The notes under the pieces: model-generated
Told to the model about the DNA's origin: nothing
Database searches by the model: none
Seen by the model: only the letters and a program-made list of their open reading frames with translations
In this document: positions 39,193 through 49,109 of the stretch, piece by piece
Layout: every line of letters begins with the position of its first letter
Numbering within the stretch: position 1 is the stretch's first letter
Made by a program: the position numbers and the translations under genes
Assembly (NCBI RefSeq): GCF_044333485.1
Contig: NZ_JBIRRA010000007.1
Coordinates: 235,730 to 299,729 of the forward strand
DNA length: 64,000 nt
Source of the DNA: Streptomyces sp. NPDC020983
GTDB lineage: Bacteria > Actinomycetota > Actinomycetes > Streptomycetales > Streptomycetaceae
Direction: 5' to 3'

Positions 39193-39735
39193 ATGCACGC
39201 ACGCGTGGTCGCCGTCAGCGCGAGTGGCGCGTACACGTTCACCAAGCCCAACCGCGACGCCATCCGGCTGGTCGCCGGGCTCGGAGTGGAGGGCGACGTG
39301 CACTCCGGTGAGACCGTCAAGCACCGCTCGCGTGTCGCCCAGGATCCGGACCAGCCCAACCTGCGCCAGGTCCACCTCATCCACCAGGAGCTCTTCGCCG
39401 AGGTCGCGGAAGCGGGCTTCGCCGTCGCGCCCGGTGAGCTGGGCGAGAACATCACGACCTGCGGGCTGGATCTGCTCGGCCTGCCGGCCGGCACCCTCCT
39501 GCACATCGGCGAGACCGCCGTCGTCGAGGTCACCGGCCTGCGCAATCCCTGCCGCCAGATCGACGACTTCCGCCACGGCCTGCTCAAGGAGGTCGTCGGC
39601 CGCGACGCCGAGGGCAACGTCGTCCGCAAGGCCGGCGTCATGGGCGTCGTCCGCGAAGGCGGCACCGTCCACCCCGGCGACCCGGTCACCGTCCACCTGC
39701 CCGCCGCCCCGCACCTGCCGCTCGCGCCCGTCTGA
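39193..39735 (+). CDS. MOSC domain protein
   Basis: MOSC beta-barrel with the conserved Cys (LRNPCRQID). AGGAGG RBS. Confidence 0.8.
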   Translation: MHARVVAVSASGAYTFTKPNRDAIRLVAGLGVEGDVHSGETVKHRSRVAQDPDQPNLRQVHLIHQELFAEVAEAGFAVAPGELGENITTCGLDLLGLPAGTLLHIGETAVVEVTGLRNPCRQIDDFRHGLLKEVVGRDAEGNVVRKAGVMGVVREGGTVHPGDPVTVHLPAAPHLPLAPV

Positions 39736-39822
39736 CGGGCCGTCCCCGCAGCCCGCCGTGGTGTCCCGCCGCGGGGGCCGTCCCCGCGGCGCGCCCCGGC
39801 GGCCCGTGCCGGGGCGGCGGGC

Positions 39823-40047
39823 TCAGCCGGGCAGCGGCACGATGCTCACCGCGCGGAAGTCGTAGCCGTCCTGCGGTCCCCCCGGATCCTCCCACTCCAG
39901 CTCGACCCGCTGCCCCGCCGACAGCGTACGGAAGCCGTCCATCCGGATGTCGGAGTAGTGCCCGAAGCACCCGCCGGGCGTCTCGGGCGAATCGAGCACC
40001 CCCCAGCCGGCCTCGTCACTCCACTCCCTGACGGTCGCGATCACCAT
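39823..40047 (-). CDS. Cold-shock-domain-like protein (74 aa)
   Basis: RNP-like motif VREWSDEAGWGVL...GFRTLSAGQRVEL. Confidence 0.55.
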   Translation of the reverse strand: MVIATVREWSDEAGWGVLDSPETPGGCFGHYSDIRMDGFRTLSAGQRVELEWEDPGGPQDGYDFRAVSIVPLPG

Positions 40048-40142
40048 GACCGGCACTCTACGAGCCCCTTCCCGCTCGCACGGCGGAATCCGCCACCCGG
40101 CCGCCCCGGCCCGCGCCGCCGCACGGCGCGGGCGGCGCCTGC

Positions 40143-41141
40143 TCAGTCCCCGGTGACCGGTGGGCGCCCCTCCTCGCGCGGGTAGGTGCTGATCTCGACG
40201 AGGTTGCCGTCCGGGTCGCGGACGTAGGTGCTGGTGAAGGGCCCGAGCGCGCCCGTGCGCGGGACGGGGCCGGACTCGACGGGGACGCCGCAGGCGGCCA
40301 GGTGCTCCAGGACGCGGGACTGCGGGTGCGGGGTGACCAGGCACAGGTCGGCGCTGCCGGGGGTCGGGCGGGCGGCGTGGGGGAGGAGTTCGCGGCCGGC
40401 CTCGTGGAGGTTGATCTTGCCGGTGCCGAAGGACAGGGCGCGCCGGCCGCCGCCGAAGGTGACCGGGCGCATGCCGAGGACGCGCTCGTAGAAGGCGATG
40501 CTCGCCTCGACGTCCGCGACGGTCAGGACGAGGTGGTCCAGCCCGCTGACCAGCGGGCCCGCCAGGGGGCCGGCGGCGTGGCGGCCGAGCAGCCGCGTGC
40601 AGGCCTCCTGGGCCGGGGCGGACAGCAGTCCGCGGGAGCGGGTGAAGAGGTCGGCGAGGTCGGGGCCGTAGCGGGCCGCGAGGTCGGTGTTGTGCTCCAC
40701 CAGGTCGAGTTCGTTGGCCGCGGTGATCTCCATCAGCGCCCGCAGGTCCTCGTCGGCGGGCACGCTCTCGGCGCCGGTGAAGCGGTCCCGGAAGACGACG
40801 GGGGAGCCCTGGCCGAGCTGCGGGTAGACCGCGGAGCGGTCGCAGCTCGCGTAGAGGTGGACCAGCGCCTCCGCCCGCTCGCCGATGAGGGCCGCGAGCA
40901 CGGCGCGCTCGCCGGTGCCCAGCAGCCGCTCGTCGAAGCCGTCCGTGCCGTACGCGGCGTGGCACAGCCCCGCCCAGCGCACGGCCGGATCGGCGCCCCA
41001 GCGCTGGAGCACGCCTTCGACGCGGACCAGGTGCGTCAGCAGGGTGCCGCCGGGGTGGGGGATGCGGTCGGCCCCGTGCTCGCGCAGGAAGTCCTCGACA
41101 CGGGCCCGGGAGGGCTCCGGCTCATTGCGGCTCGTCGTCAT
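40143..41141 (-). CDS. Two-domain protein: N-terminal helical domain of unknown function plus C-terminal VOC (glyoxalase/bleomycin-resistance) domain
   Basis: C-terminal HLVLTVADVEASIAFYERVLGM...NLHEAG...YVRDPDGNLVEIS. ATG at 41139-41141. Confidence 0.6.
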   Translation of the reverse strand: MTTSRNEPEPSRARVEDFLREHGADRIPHPGGTLLTHLVRVEGVLQRWGADPAVRWAGLCHAAYGTDGFDERLLGTGERAVLAALIGERAEALVHLYASCDRSAVYPQLGQGSPVVFRDRFTGAESVPADEDLRALMEITAANELDLVEHNTDLAARYGPDLADLFTRSRGLLSAPAQEACTRLLGRHAAGPLAGPLVSGLDHLVLTVADVEASIAFYERVLGMRPVTFGGGRRALSFGTGKINLHEAGRELLPHAARPTPGSADLCLVTPHPQSRVLEHLAACGVPVESGPVPRTGALGPFTSTYVRDPDGNLVEISTYPREEGRPPVTGD

Positions 41142-41162
41142 GTCACGAGTTATAGTCGTGAC
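41142..41162. promoter_or_regulatory. 21-bp palindrome GTCACGA-GTTATAG-TCGTGAC occupying the entire gap between two divergent start codons
   Basis: Seen directly. AT-rich centre. Flanked by CAT (41139-41141) and GTG (41163-41165). Confidence 0.5.
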
Positions 41163-41765
41163 GTGAACGCCGAGGCAAGCATCCCCGGGGAGGTCCCCGC
41201 CGGTGAGCTGCGCTTCAACTTCCGCTCCGGGCGCCTGTGCCTGGCCTTCGTCGCCACGGTGGGCGAGCGCTGGCGCGGCTGCTACGAGCGGCTGCGCGAG
41301 CCGGACGATCTGGCCCGCTGGTACCGCGAGGCGGGACTGCTCCAGGAGGCGCCGGCCGTCACCCCGTCCGGCCTCGATGCCGCCCGGGCGCTGCGCGAGG
41401 CCGTCCACCGCCTCGCCTGCGCGGTGGTCGCCGGGGAGCCGCCGGCGCCGGGGGACGAGGCCGTCCTCAACGCGGCGGCGGCGGCCCCGCCACTGGTCCC
41501 CGTCCTGTCCGCGGGCGCCGGCCGCCTGACCCTGCCGCGCACCCGCGGCCAGCAGGCCGCACTGAGCACCGTGGCCCGCGACGCGATCGACCTCTTCTCC
41601 GGCCCCGCCGCGACCCGGCTGCGCGCGTGCGCGAGCCCGGAGTGCGCCCTGCTGTTCGTCGACACCAGCCGACCCGGCCGCCGCCGCTGGTGCTCCAGCG
41701 ACGCCTGCGGTGGCAGGGACCGCGCCGCCGCGTACCGCCGCCGCCGCGCCGCGGCGGACGGCTGA
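41163..41765 (+). CDS. ABATE/CGNR zinc-finger domain protein (putative stress-responsive regulator)
   Basis: N-terminal LRFNFRSGRLCLAFVATV and C-terminal CASPECALLFVDTSRPGRRRWCSSDACG CGNR motif. Confidence 0.7.
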   Translation: MNAEASIPGEVPAGELRFNFRSGRLCLAFVATVGERWRGCYERLREPDDLARWYREAGLLQEAPAVTPSGLDAARALREAVHRLACAVVAGEPPAPGDEAVLNAAAAAPPLVPVLSAGAGRLTLPRTRGQQAALSTVARDAIDLFSGPAATRLRACASPECALLFVDTSRPGRRRWCSSDACGGRDRAAAYRRRRAAADG

Positions 41766-42070
41766 GACCCGGTACCGGCCGCCGGGCCGTGCCGTCCGGC
41801 GGGCGGGTCATCCCCCGCGCGCAGGGGCCGCCGCGCGCCCGCGCCCGGCCGGCGCGGTGCCGGGTGCCACCGCCCGGGCGTGCCCGGACTGCGGCGGCGT
41901 CGACCGGCCGGCCCCGGTGCCGCCCGCCGGGTCGTGCCCTCCGGCGGGCGAACTCCCCGGCGGGCAGCCGCCGTTGGTCGTCCGTGCCGGACGCGGACGC
42001 GGCGGACCCCCGCCGCACCGGCGCGGGCGTGCGTCTAGGATGACGGCTTCAGGCCGGAGGGGGAGGGCTG

Positions 42071-42706
42071 ATGACCGTACACATCCGCGGGCGGGGTGCG
42101 CGCGCCGTCGCGGCGGTGGCCGCCGCGGCAGCCGCAGCCGTGCTCACCGCGTGCTCGGGCGACGGGGGGTCCGCCCTGTCGCAGGCCGGACTGCACGACG
42201 CGGTGCGCTCGGCGGCCGGGGAGTCCGCGGCCTGCCCGCTGGACTACGACCTGGGCAAGGCGGCCTCGGCCGCGCACGCGCCCGGGTCCGCGCGCCCCGT
42301 CTCGGCGAACGTCGACCTGCCGGAGGACGCGGACAAGGACGCCGTGCTCAGCACCGCGCACGCCACCGACGTGGAGTGCGACTACCGGCTGGGCGCGGAG
42401 ACGGTGTCCGTCGAGACACTCGCCGCCGAGAAGGGCACCGCCGCCGCCCTGCTGGCCCCGCTGATCCAGCGGAACGCGGAACTGTCCTCGGGCGAGCTGT
42501 CGGCGTTCCTCGCCGACGTGCAGAAGGCGCCCACCGGCACCCCGGTCGTCACCCCGACCGGCACCGTCGCCCTCGTGCGGCTGCGCGGAGCAGGCAGCGA
42601 CAGCGTGGCGCTGATGGTCTCGTGCGGCACCGACGGGGACACGAAGCTGACCGCGGAACAGGTCCGCGGCCTCGCGAAGAACCTGGGCGGCCAGGCGCAC
42701 TGGTGA
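42071..42706 (+). CDS. Lipoprotein, hypothetical
   Basis: Signal peptide with lipobox LTACS. RBS GGAGGGGGAGGG. Confidence 0.6.
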   Translation: MTVHIRGRGARAVAAVAAAAAAAVLTACSGDGGSALSQAGLHDAVRSAAGESAACPLDYDLGKAASAAHAPGSARPVSANVDLPEDADKDAVLSTAHATDVECDYRLGAETVSVETLAAEKGTAAALLAPLIQRNAELSSGELSAFLADVQKAPTGTPVVTPTGTVALVRLRGAGSDSVALMVSCGTDGDTKLTAEQVRGLAKNLGGQAHW

Positions 42707-42789
42707 CGCCGCCGCGGCACCTCCCCCCGCGGTGCCCGCGAGCGGGACGCAGAACCGGGGGAAGTGCTTCCCCGGCCCCGGCGCCGCGG

Positions 42790-43395
42790 TCACATCGCGT
42801 TGGGCGCGCCCGCCGCTCCGGCACCCCGTAGCAGGGTGTCGACGACGCGCGCGGCGAGTTCGTCGGGGTCCGAGCCGGTCGCCGCCTCCACGGCCGCCTC
42901 GTGGATGAGGGCGTAGTAGACGCGCCGGGTCCAGTCGAGGTCGGCGTCGGGCCGGAGCACGCCGGCGTCCTGGGCGCGGCGCAGGAGGCTGATGCAGGTG
43001 GCGCGCACGTCGGCGTGGACGCGGGCCGCTTCGGGGTGCTCCGCGGCGGGGCGGTTCATGGCGAAGGACCAGTTGGTCTTCACCCGGAGCACGTTGGCGG
43101 TGATCTGGTAGAGGGCGACCAGGGGCGGGGCGCTGCCGGGGCGGGCGGCCCCGACGGCGTCGGCGAACTGGCGGGCGGCCCAGTCGGTCAGGGCGTGCAG
43201 GAGCGCCTCGCGGGTGGCGAACCGGCGGTGGACGGTGGTCCTGGCCACGCCGGCGGCGCGGGCGACATCCTCCATCGTCGCCGCCGGATCGGCGGTCAGG
43301 ACGCGTTCGGCGGCTTCCAGGATCGTCCGTATCGTCCGTTCGGTGTCGGCCCTGAGCGGCCTCGGCCCGTTCGTCTGCTGTTTCTGCGCCGTCAC
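42790..43395 (-). CDS. TetR family transcriptional regulator
   Basis: HTH MEDVARAAGVARTTVHRRFATREALL. GTG start at 43395. Confidence 0.8.
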   Translation of the reverse strand: MTAQKQQTNGPRPLRADTERTIRTILEAAERVLTADPAATMEDVARAAGVARTTVHRRFATREALLHALTDWAARQFADAVGAARPGSAPPLVALYQITANVLRVKTNWSFAMNRPAAEHPEAARVHADVRATCISLLRRAQDAGVLRPDADLDWTRRVYYALIHEAAVEAATGSDPDELAARVVDTLLRGAGAAGAPNAM

Positions 43396-43435
43396 GACGG
43401 ACACGCTACACCAATGGTTCCTCGATCGGCTTAGT

Positions 43436-43453
43436 TGCAACACCTGTGTTGCA
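43436..43453. promoter_or_regulatory. Palindrome TGCAACAC-CT-GTGTTGCA, candidate TetR operator
   Basis: Lies between the divergent TetR (42790-43395) and aldo/keto reductase genes. Confidence 0.5.
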
Positions 43454-43532
43454 TGTATTAGCTTCACGGCGTCGGTCGGGTAGCAACTCGCCGACCGCGT
43501 ATCCCATGTGTCACGACAGCGAAGAGGCGATC

Positions 43533-44573
43533 ATGCAGCAGCGGATCCTCGGCCGCACCGGCATCTCCGTCAGCACCTTCGCCCTGGGCACCCTGCATCT
43601 GGGTGCCTGGGGCAACAGCGACCACGACGAGGCTGTGCGCCTGGTCCACGCCGCGCTGGACAGCGGCGTGAACCTCATCGACACCGCCGACCAGTACTCC
43701 GGGGGCGAGGCCGAGGAGATCATCGGCAAGGCCCTGCGCGGGCGCCGTGACGACGTCGTGCTCGCGACCAAGGGCCACTTCCCGGTGCGGATGGGAGACC
43801 GGGACCCGAACCGCCGGGGCAACTCCCGGCGCTGGCTGACCAGGGCGGTCGAGGACAGCCTGCGGCGCCTGGACACCGACAGGATCGACCTCTACCAGGT
43901 GCACCGCCCCGACCCGGCCACGGACATCGACGAGACGCTGTCGGTGCTGTCCGACCTGGTGCGGGCGGGCAAGATCATGGCGATCGGGACGTCCGACTTC
44001 CCCGCCGAGCAGCTGGTCGAGGCCCAGTGGGCCGCCGACCGGCGCAACCACGTCCCCTTCCGGACCGAGCAGCCGCCGTACTCGCTGTTCGTCCGCGGTG
44101 TCGAGGCGGACGTCCTGCCCACCGCGCGCCGGTACGGGCTCGGCGTGCTGACCTGGAGCCCGCTCAACAGCGGCTGGCTGACCGGCCGCATCCGCCGCGG
44201 CGAGCGGATCGAACTCGACGCCTTCCGCCGCGTGGTGGCCCACAAGTTCGACCTCGCGCTGCCCGGCAACCGCCGCAAGCTCGACGCCGTCGAGGACCTC
44301 CTCGCGCTCGCGCGGGACGCCGGCATGCCGCTGACGCACCTGGCGCTGGCCTTCGCCGCGCACCACCCGGCCGTCACCTCGGTGCTCCTGGGCCCGCGCA
44401 CCATGGACCAGCTGACCGACCAGCTCGCCGCCGCCGACATCCGCCTGGACGACGCGATCCTGGACCGTATCGACGAGATCGTCCCGCCGGGGACCACCCT
44501 CAACCCCGCGGACGTCGACCACCACCGGCCCGGACTGGCCGTCTCGGAACGGCGCCGCCCGCTCGCCGCCTGA
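43533..44573 (+). CDS. Aldo/keto reductase
   Basis: AKR TIM-barrel motifs (LIDTADQYSGGEAE..., LYQVHRPD). RBS GAAGAGG. Confidence 0.85.
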   Translation: MQQRILGRTGISVSTFALGTLHLGAWGNSDHDEAVRLVHAALDSGVNLIDTADQYSGGEAEEIIGKALRGRRDDVVLATKGHFPVRMGDRDPNRRGNSRRWLTRAVEDSLRRLDTDRIDLYQVHRPDPATDIDETLSVLSDLVRAGKIMAIGTSDFPAEQLVEAQWAADRRNHVPFRTEQPPYSLFVRGVEADVLPTARRYGLGVLTWSPLNSGWLTGRIRRGERIELDAFRRVVAHKFDLALPGNRRKLDAVEDLLALARDAGMPLTHLALAFAAHHPAVTSVLLGPRTMDQLTDQLAAADIRLDDAILDRIDEIVPPGTTLNPADVDHHRPGLAVSERRRPLAA

Positions 44574-44606
44574 GCGGGGCGGCGAGCGGGCCGGACGGGC
44601 GTGCCG

Positions 44607-45356
44607 TCAGATCGTGCCGTCCTGCCACCACCACGCGCGGCCGAGGTCGGCGCGGCTGTCGACGTGCTGGTGGTCCTCGGTGTACGTCTCCAGGCCGGAG
44701 AAGCCGCAGGTCTCGGCCTTCTGGTAGACCGTCTTGTTGGACACGCCGGCGACCCCGAGGTCCGCCGCCGTCCCGTACAGGTGCATGCTGTCGGACGCGC
44801 CGCCCACGGCCGCGTTGTGCGCGATGCTGCGGAAGCCGGAGTTGACCGTGACGGGGACGTTGCCGAGCTTCTTGCGCAGCGCTTCGAGCTTGTACATCAG
44901 CCGCCGGACGTTCTCCTTGGCGGTCGCCGCGCTGACCTTGCCCCCGTCGAAGGTCCCGCTCACCCGGTCGGTGAACTCGCTGAAGTCGAAATGGGCCGTC
45001 GAACCGTCCGACTGCTGCAGCGCGTTGAGCTGCGTCTGGGTGGCAGGGCCGACGACCCCGTCCGACGCCAGGCCGTACGCGGACTGGAAGAGGCGCACCG
45101 CGGTCGCGGTCCCGGGGCCGAAGTCCCCGTCGATCGCCACCCGCGTGTGCGCGGGTGCGGCCGTCGCCCAGCCGGCGACCCGGATCTGGAGCTCGGTGAC
45201 GTCGGCGCCGGTCATGCCCTGCTGGAGGGTCCGCGTCCACGAGTACGCGAACGCCGTCCGGGACAGCAGGACGGGGCTCAGCACGGCGCCCGCGCCGGCG
45301 GCCACCGTGCCGCGCAGCAGGGTGCGTCGGTCGAAGGGGAAGGAAGACGGAGCCAT
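44607..45356 (-). CDS. Secreted peptidase M15A-family (D-Ala-D-Ala carboxypeptidase-like) protein with PG_binding_1 domain and Tat signal
   Basis: Tat motif DRRTLLRGTVAAGAGA. A peptidoglycan-binding repeat (DGDFGPGTATAVRLFQSAYGLASDGVVGPATQ). C-terminal Zn ligands HxxxxxxD...H (SMHLYGTAADL ... DHQHVD). Confidence 0.8.
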   Translation of the reverse strand: MAPSSFPFDRRTLLRGTVAAGAGAVLSPVLLSRTAFAYSWTRTLQQGMTGADVTELQIRVAGWATAAPAHTRVAIDGDFGPGTATAVRLFQSAYGLASDGVVGPATQTQLNALQQSDGSTAHFDFSEFTDRVSGTFDGGKVSAATAKENVRRLMYKLEALRKKLGNVPVTVNSGFRSIAHNAAVGGASDSMHLYGTAADLGVAGVSNKTVYQKAETCGFSGLETYTEDHQHVDSRADLGRAWWWQDGTI

Positions 45357-45539
45357 CGGTGTCCTCTCGCCGGCCTGCCGGGGCGTGCCGCCCCGCGGAA
45401 GTGAGCGCTCCCAGAATGCCGTTGGTACATGAGGTGCTCAAGTGGCGGGAGGGCGAACATTTGCCGGGAGATGAGCGAACGCCCGCCCCGCGGACCGGCC
45501 GACGGCCCGCGGGGCAGGTGCGGCGCCGCGCCGGGCGGG

Positions 45540-48500
45540 TCACCGCAGTCGGAAGACCTGCGCCGCGGTGCCGTTGCAGTCGTACAGCTGCAGGGCGTCC
45601 CCCTGCTTCGCGAGCCCGCCGCTGTCGTCCAGGCAGCGGCCCGAGGGGGGGTTGAGGAGCGTGCCGTCCGGGCGGGTCGTCCAGGCCTGCGCGCCCGTGC
45701 CGTTGCAGTCCCACAGCTGGACCCGGGTCCCGCTCGCCGTCCCGCCGCCCGCCGCGTCCAGGCATTTGCCCAGCGCGTGCAGGGTGCCGTCGCCGGGGGC
45801 CGACCAGCGCTGCGCGTCCGTGGAGTTGCAGCCCCACAGCTGGACGGGCGTCGCCGGTGCGGGATCGGCGTTCGCCACGTCCGCGCACAGCCCGCCCGGC
45901 CCGGTCAGCGGGCCCGGCGGCAGCTTCCACAGCTGCGCCGCGGTCCCGTTGCAGTCGAAGAGCTGCAGCTGTACGGCGCCGGGCGCCGTGGTGCCGTCCG
46001 GGACGTCGAGGCAGCGCCCGGACGCGGGGTTGAGCAGACTGCCGTCCGTGCGGTGGGTCCAGAGCTGGGCCGCGGAGCCGGTGCACGCCGCGAGCGAGAC
46101 GGCCGTGCGGTTCGCCGTCCCGCCGCCTGAGGCGGTGACGCAGCTTCCCAGCGTGCGCAGCGTGTTGTCGGCCTGGAGCGCGAACTGCTGGCCCGCCGTG
46201 TGGTTGCAGCCCCACAGCTGGAGAGCCGTGCCGTCCGCCGCGGAACCGCCGCGCGCGTCCAGGCAGTTGCCCCCGGCCCCGACGACCTCCCCGGCAGCCG
46301 GGTTGGCCGTCGCGCTGCCCTGCAGCGCCACGGTGTGGGCGGTGCCCACCGGCAGCGCGGCCGTGGTCACGGTGACCGTGCGGCGCTGCGGGTTCCAGGA
46401 CCAGTCCGTCTCCGGCACCTGCGTGCCGTCGACCAGCACGGCGGTCGGCGCCGCGGAGTTCGACAGCCGCAGCGTGTACGCCCGGGAGGCGGGCGCGCCG
46501 GGCCAGTTGCCGCTCTGCGCGCCCACGGTGAGGGTCCGCGAGGCGTCGTTCCACGACAGCGGCGTCGTCGCCGACTGGCCCGACGTGTAGCCGGTGCCCT
46601 CGCCCGCGTCGGTGTACAGCGACGACGAACCGTCGGCGCCCGCCGCCACGTTGACGGTCAGCGCGGTCAGCGGCTGCTGCGCGTTGGCGGCGAGGTCGGT
46701 GCGCGTCGTCATCATCCCGCCGCCCCGGACGAGCACCGGGAACTGCCCGAGCGGAGCGGTCGCCGTCACGGTGGCCGGGCCGGTGTACGTGTGCCCGGTG
46801 AAGTAGTCGGTCCAGCTGCCCGGCGGGACCCACACCGTCACCGAGCCGTTGCCGGAACCGTCGTCGGGCGTGGTGATCGGCGCCACGAGCACGTCGTCGC
46901 CGTAGAGGTACTCGCCCTGAGCGCGGTACGCGTCCTCCTGCGCCGGGTAGTCCAGGTACATCGGGCGGACGATCGGCACGCCGGTCGTGCTCGCCTGGTG
47001 CGCGAGGGTGTACGTGTACGGCACGAGTGCCTCGCGCAGCCGCAGCGCCTGCGCCGCGGCGGTCGCGGCCGCTCCCGAGTAGTTCCACGGCAGCCGGTCC
47101 CCGTGGTCGGAGTGCAGCCGGTCGACGGGCTGGAAGGCGCCGAACTGGAGCCAGCGCACGTACAGGTCGTCGGCGAGGTGCCCGCCGTGGAAGCTGCCGA
47201 TGTCGTGGCTGACGTTGGACAGGCCCGCGGCCGCCTCGTCGGCGGTGAAGCGCACCTCGAAGCCGAGCATGTCCCACGTCGCCGGGGTGTCCCCGGTGAA
47301 CTGCATGCTGGTGCGCCGCTCCGACCACGGCCCCAGCGCGTAGGTGCTGTCGTCACCGCCCTGCTCGGAGCCGCCGACACGGGCGAAGGAGAAGCCGCGC
47401 AGGCCCTTGGCCGCCGCGTCGTCGGCGTACGCCTGGTTGATCAGGTTGTCCGGGGCGACGTGCGGGTCGCCGGCCGTCGAACCCCCGCACCCGCCGCAGT
47501 AGTCCAGCCACCACTCCCGCACGCCCTGCTTCTCGAACGGCTGGTGCAGGCCCAGGTACGCGCCGAGCTGGGCGCTGCTGGACCAGTCGAAGCGGTAGGT
47601 GTTCCCGCTGTCGACGCCCAGCCCGCCCGCCGCGCTGTTCGCGGCGGCGAACTTCGGGTCGTCGCCGTTGATGCTCGGATGGATGTTCATCGCGACCGAG
47701 AGCCCCTGCTGTTTCGTCCAGTCCAGGAACGCCTGCGGGTCGGGGAAGAGGGCGGAGTTCCAGTTCCAGCCGTTCCACTGGCTCGGCGACTTCCAGTCGG
47801 TGTCCACCACCAGCCAGTCGACGGGCACGTTGTTCGTTCGGAAGGCGGGCAGCAGCGTGTTCTCGTAGTCGGCCGTCGAGTAGGCGTAGTAGCGCGAGTA
47901 CCAGACCCCGTAGGCCGAGCGCGGCAGGAGCGCGGCGCCGCCGGTCAGGGCGTTGAGGTCGGACAGGCCCTGCTTGTAGTCCTGGCCGTAGCCGAAGAAG
48001 TAGCCGTCCTGGTAGGGCGACGTGCCGTGCGAGGGGCGGTCGGTGACGGTGTGCCCGGCGCCGAGCAGCGCGCTGCGGCTGTCGTCGAGCAGGTACCAGC
48101 CGTGCCGGTCGAGGATGCCGGGGTGCTCGGGAACGGGGAGCGTGCGCGGGTTGTCCAGTGACCGCGACCAGCCGCCGAGCGTGTCCGCGGGCCCCGCGCC
48201 GTAGCCGGTGGTGACCAGGGCGGTCTGCGCCGCCGGATACGCCGTGGCGTTCTGCGCGGTGACGGCGACGCTGTCGATGTTGACCCGGCCGGTGTCGCCG
48301 GCGTTCTGCACCAGGGCCAGCGTGTTCGTGCCCGCCGCCAGGTGCACGGTCGCCGACGCCGTCGACCAGGCGTCCCACGAGGACGTCGCGGGCAGGCTCA
48401 GCGCGGGCCCGGCGGCGCCGTTCACCCGGGTGGACAGGCTGCCGGTGCCACCCGCCGCGTTGGAGTAGCGGACCTGCAGGCGGTAGTCACCCGCCGCCGG

Positions 48501-49109
48501 GACCTGCGAGACGTCCTGGCTGATCCCGCTGCCGGTGGCCTCGTATCCGGCGACGAAGGCGCTGCCGGTGTGGCCCGCGTGATCGTACGCGGCCGCCGCC
48601 CGCCCGCTGAACAGCGCGTCCTCTCCCTCGCACGCGGTGCCGAAGGCGCAGTACGACGGGAAGGCGGGCTTGGCCTGCACGCCGGTCGCCGCCAGCGTGA
48701 CGGTGGTGTTGTCCGCGGTGAAGGGCCCGCTGCCCTGCTTCCAGCGCAGCGTCAGGGCGCTGGTCCTGATCTCCCGGTAGCCGTCGGAGCTGACGCCGGT
48801 GGTGTACGCGGGCGGGGTGAAGGAACGGTTGACGGCGTTGAAGGTGGCGCCGTCCTGGAAGGCGCCGTCACCGGCGTACTCCAGCCGTATCAGCGTCGGC
48901 GTCAGCACCTCGAAGCGCGCGTTGCCGTCCGTGACCGGCACCCCCGCCGCGCCGGCCGCCGACGCTCCGCCGGCGAGGGCCACCAGCAGGGAGGCCAGGA
49001 GCCCCAGGCAGGCGGCCAGGAGCGGTCCCTTCCGCCGCGCCGCGCCGGGGCGCCTTCGCCGCGGCGGGTACGCGCGCGGGTGCGGTGGACGTGCGGAGCG
49101 AGGGCGCAC
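45540..49109 (-). CDS. Secreted glycoside hydrolase family 31 enzyme with N-terminal CBM-like domain and C-terminal tandem ricin-B lectin domains
   Basis: GH31 catalytic-region motifs are present (WNGWNWNSALFPDP, DIGSFHGG, VRWLQFGAFQP). There are three QLWGCN/QLWDCN/QLFDCN ricin QxW repeats. A signal peptide follows GTG at 49109, which has a GGGAGG RBS. Confidence 0.8.
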   Translation of the reverse strand: MRPRSARPPHPRAYPPRRRRPGAARRKGPLLAACLGLLASLLVALAGGASAAGAAGVPVTDGNARFEVLTPTLIRLEYAGDGAFQDGATFNAVNRSFTPPAYTTGVSSDGYREIRTSALTLRWKQGSGPFTADNTTVTLAATGVQAKPAFPSYCAFGTACEGEDALFSGRAAAAYDHAGHTGSAFVAGYEATGSGISQDVSQVPAAGDYRLQVRYSNAAGGTGSLSTRVNGAAGPALSLPATSSWDAWSTASATVHLAAGTNTLALVQNAGDTGRVNIDSVAVTAQNATAYPAAQTALVTTGYGAGPADTLGGWSRSLDNPRTLPVPEHPGILDRHGWYLLDDSRSALLGAGHTVTDRPSHGTSPYQDGYFFGYGQDYKQGLSDLNALTGGAALLPRSAYGVWYSRYYAYSTADYENTLLPAFRTNNVPVDWLVVDTDWKSPSQWNGWNWNSALFPDPQAFLDWTKQQGLSVAMNIHPSINGDDPKFAAANSAAGGLGVDSGNTYRFDWSSSAQLGAYLGLHQPFEKQGVREWWLDYCGGCGGSTAGDPHVAPDNLINQAYADDAAAKGLRGFSFARVGGSEQGGDDSTYALGPWSERRTSMQFTGDTPATWDMLGFEVRFTADEAAAGLSNVSHDIGSFHGGHLADDLYVRWLQFGAFQPVDRLHSDHGDRLPWNYSGAAATAAAQALRLREALVPYTYTLAHQASTTGVPIVRPMYLDYPAQEDAYRAQGEYLYGDDVLVAPITTPDDGSGNGSVTVWVPPGSWTDYFTGHTYTGPATVTATAPLGQFPVLVRGGGMMTTRTDLAANAQQPLTALTVNVAAGADGSSSLYTDAGEGTGYTSGQSATTPLSWNDASRTLTVGAQSGNWPGAPASRAYTLRLSNSAAPTAVLVDGTQVPETDWSWNPQRRTVTVTTAALPVGTAHTVALQGSATANPAAGEVVGAGGNCLDARGGSAADGTALQLWGCNHTAGQQFALQADNTLRTLGSCVTASGGGTANRTAVSLAACTGSAAQLWTHRTDGSLLNPASGRCLDVPDGTTAPGAVQLQLFDCNGTAAQLWKLPPGPLTGPGGLCADVANADPAPATPVQLWGCNSTDAQRWSAPGDGTLHALGKCLDAAGGGTASGTRVQLWDCNGTGAQAWTTRPDGTLLNPPSGRCLDDSGGLAKQGDALQLYDCNGTAAQVFRLR

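Noticed and set aside
32613-39714. ORFs 32613-35528 (-, 971 aa) and 35899-39714 (-, 1271 aa)
   Set aside because: Apart from the short NfeD-like C-terminus, these run antisense to the nhaA, asp23, TetR, NmrA, FBP and NUDIX genes. Composition is non-protein-like.
44500-48378. ORFs 44500-47328 (-), 46200-48161 (+) and 47353-48378 (-)
   Set aside because: They are alternative frames of the GH31 gene region. The GH31 frame carries recognisable catalytic and lectin motifs, while these do not.
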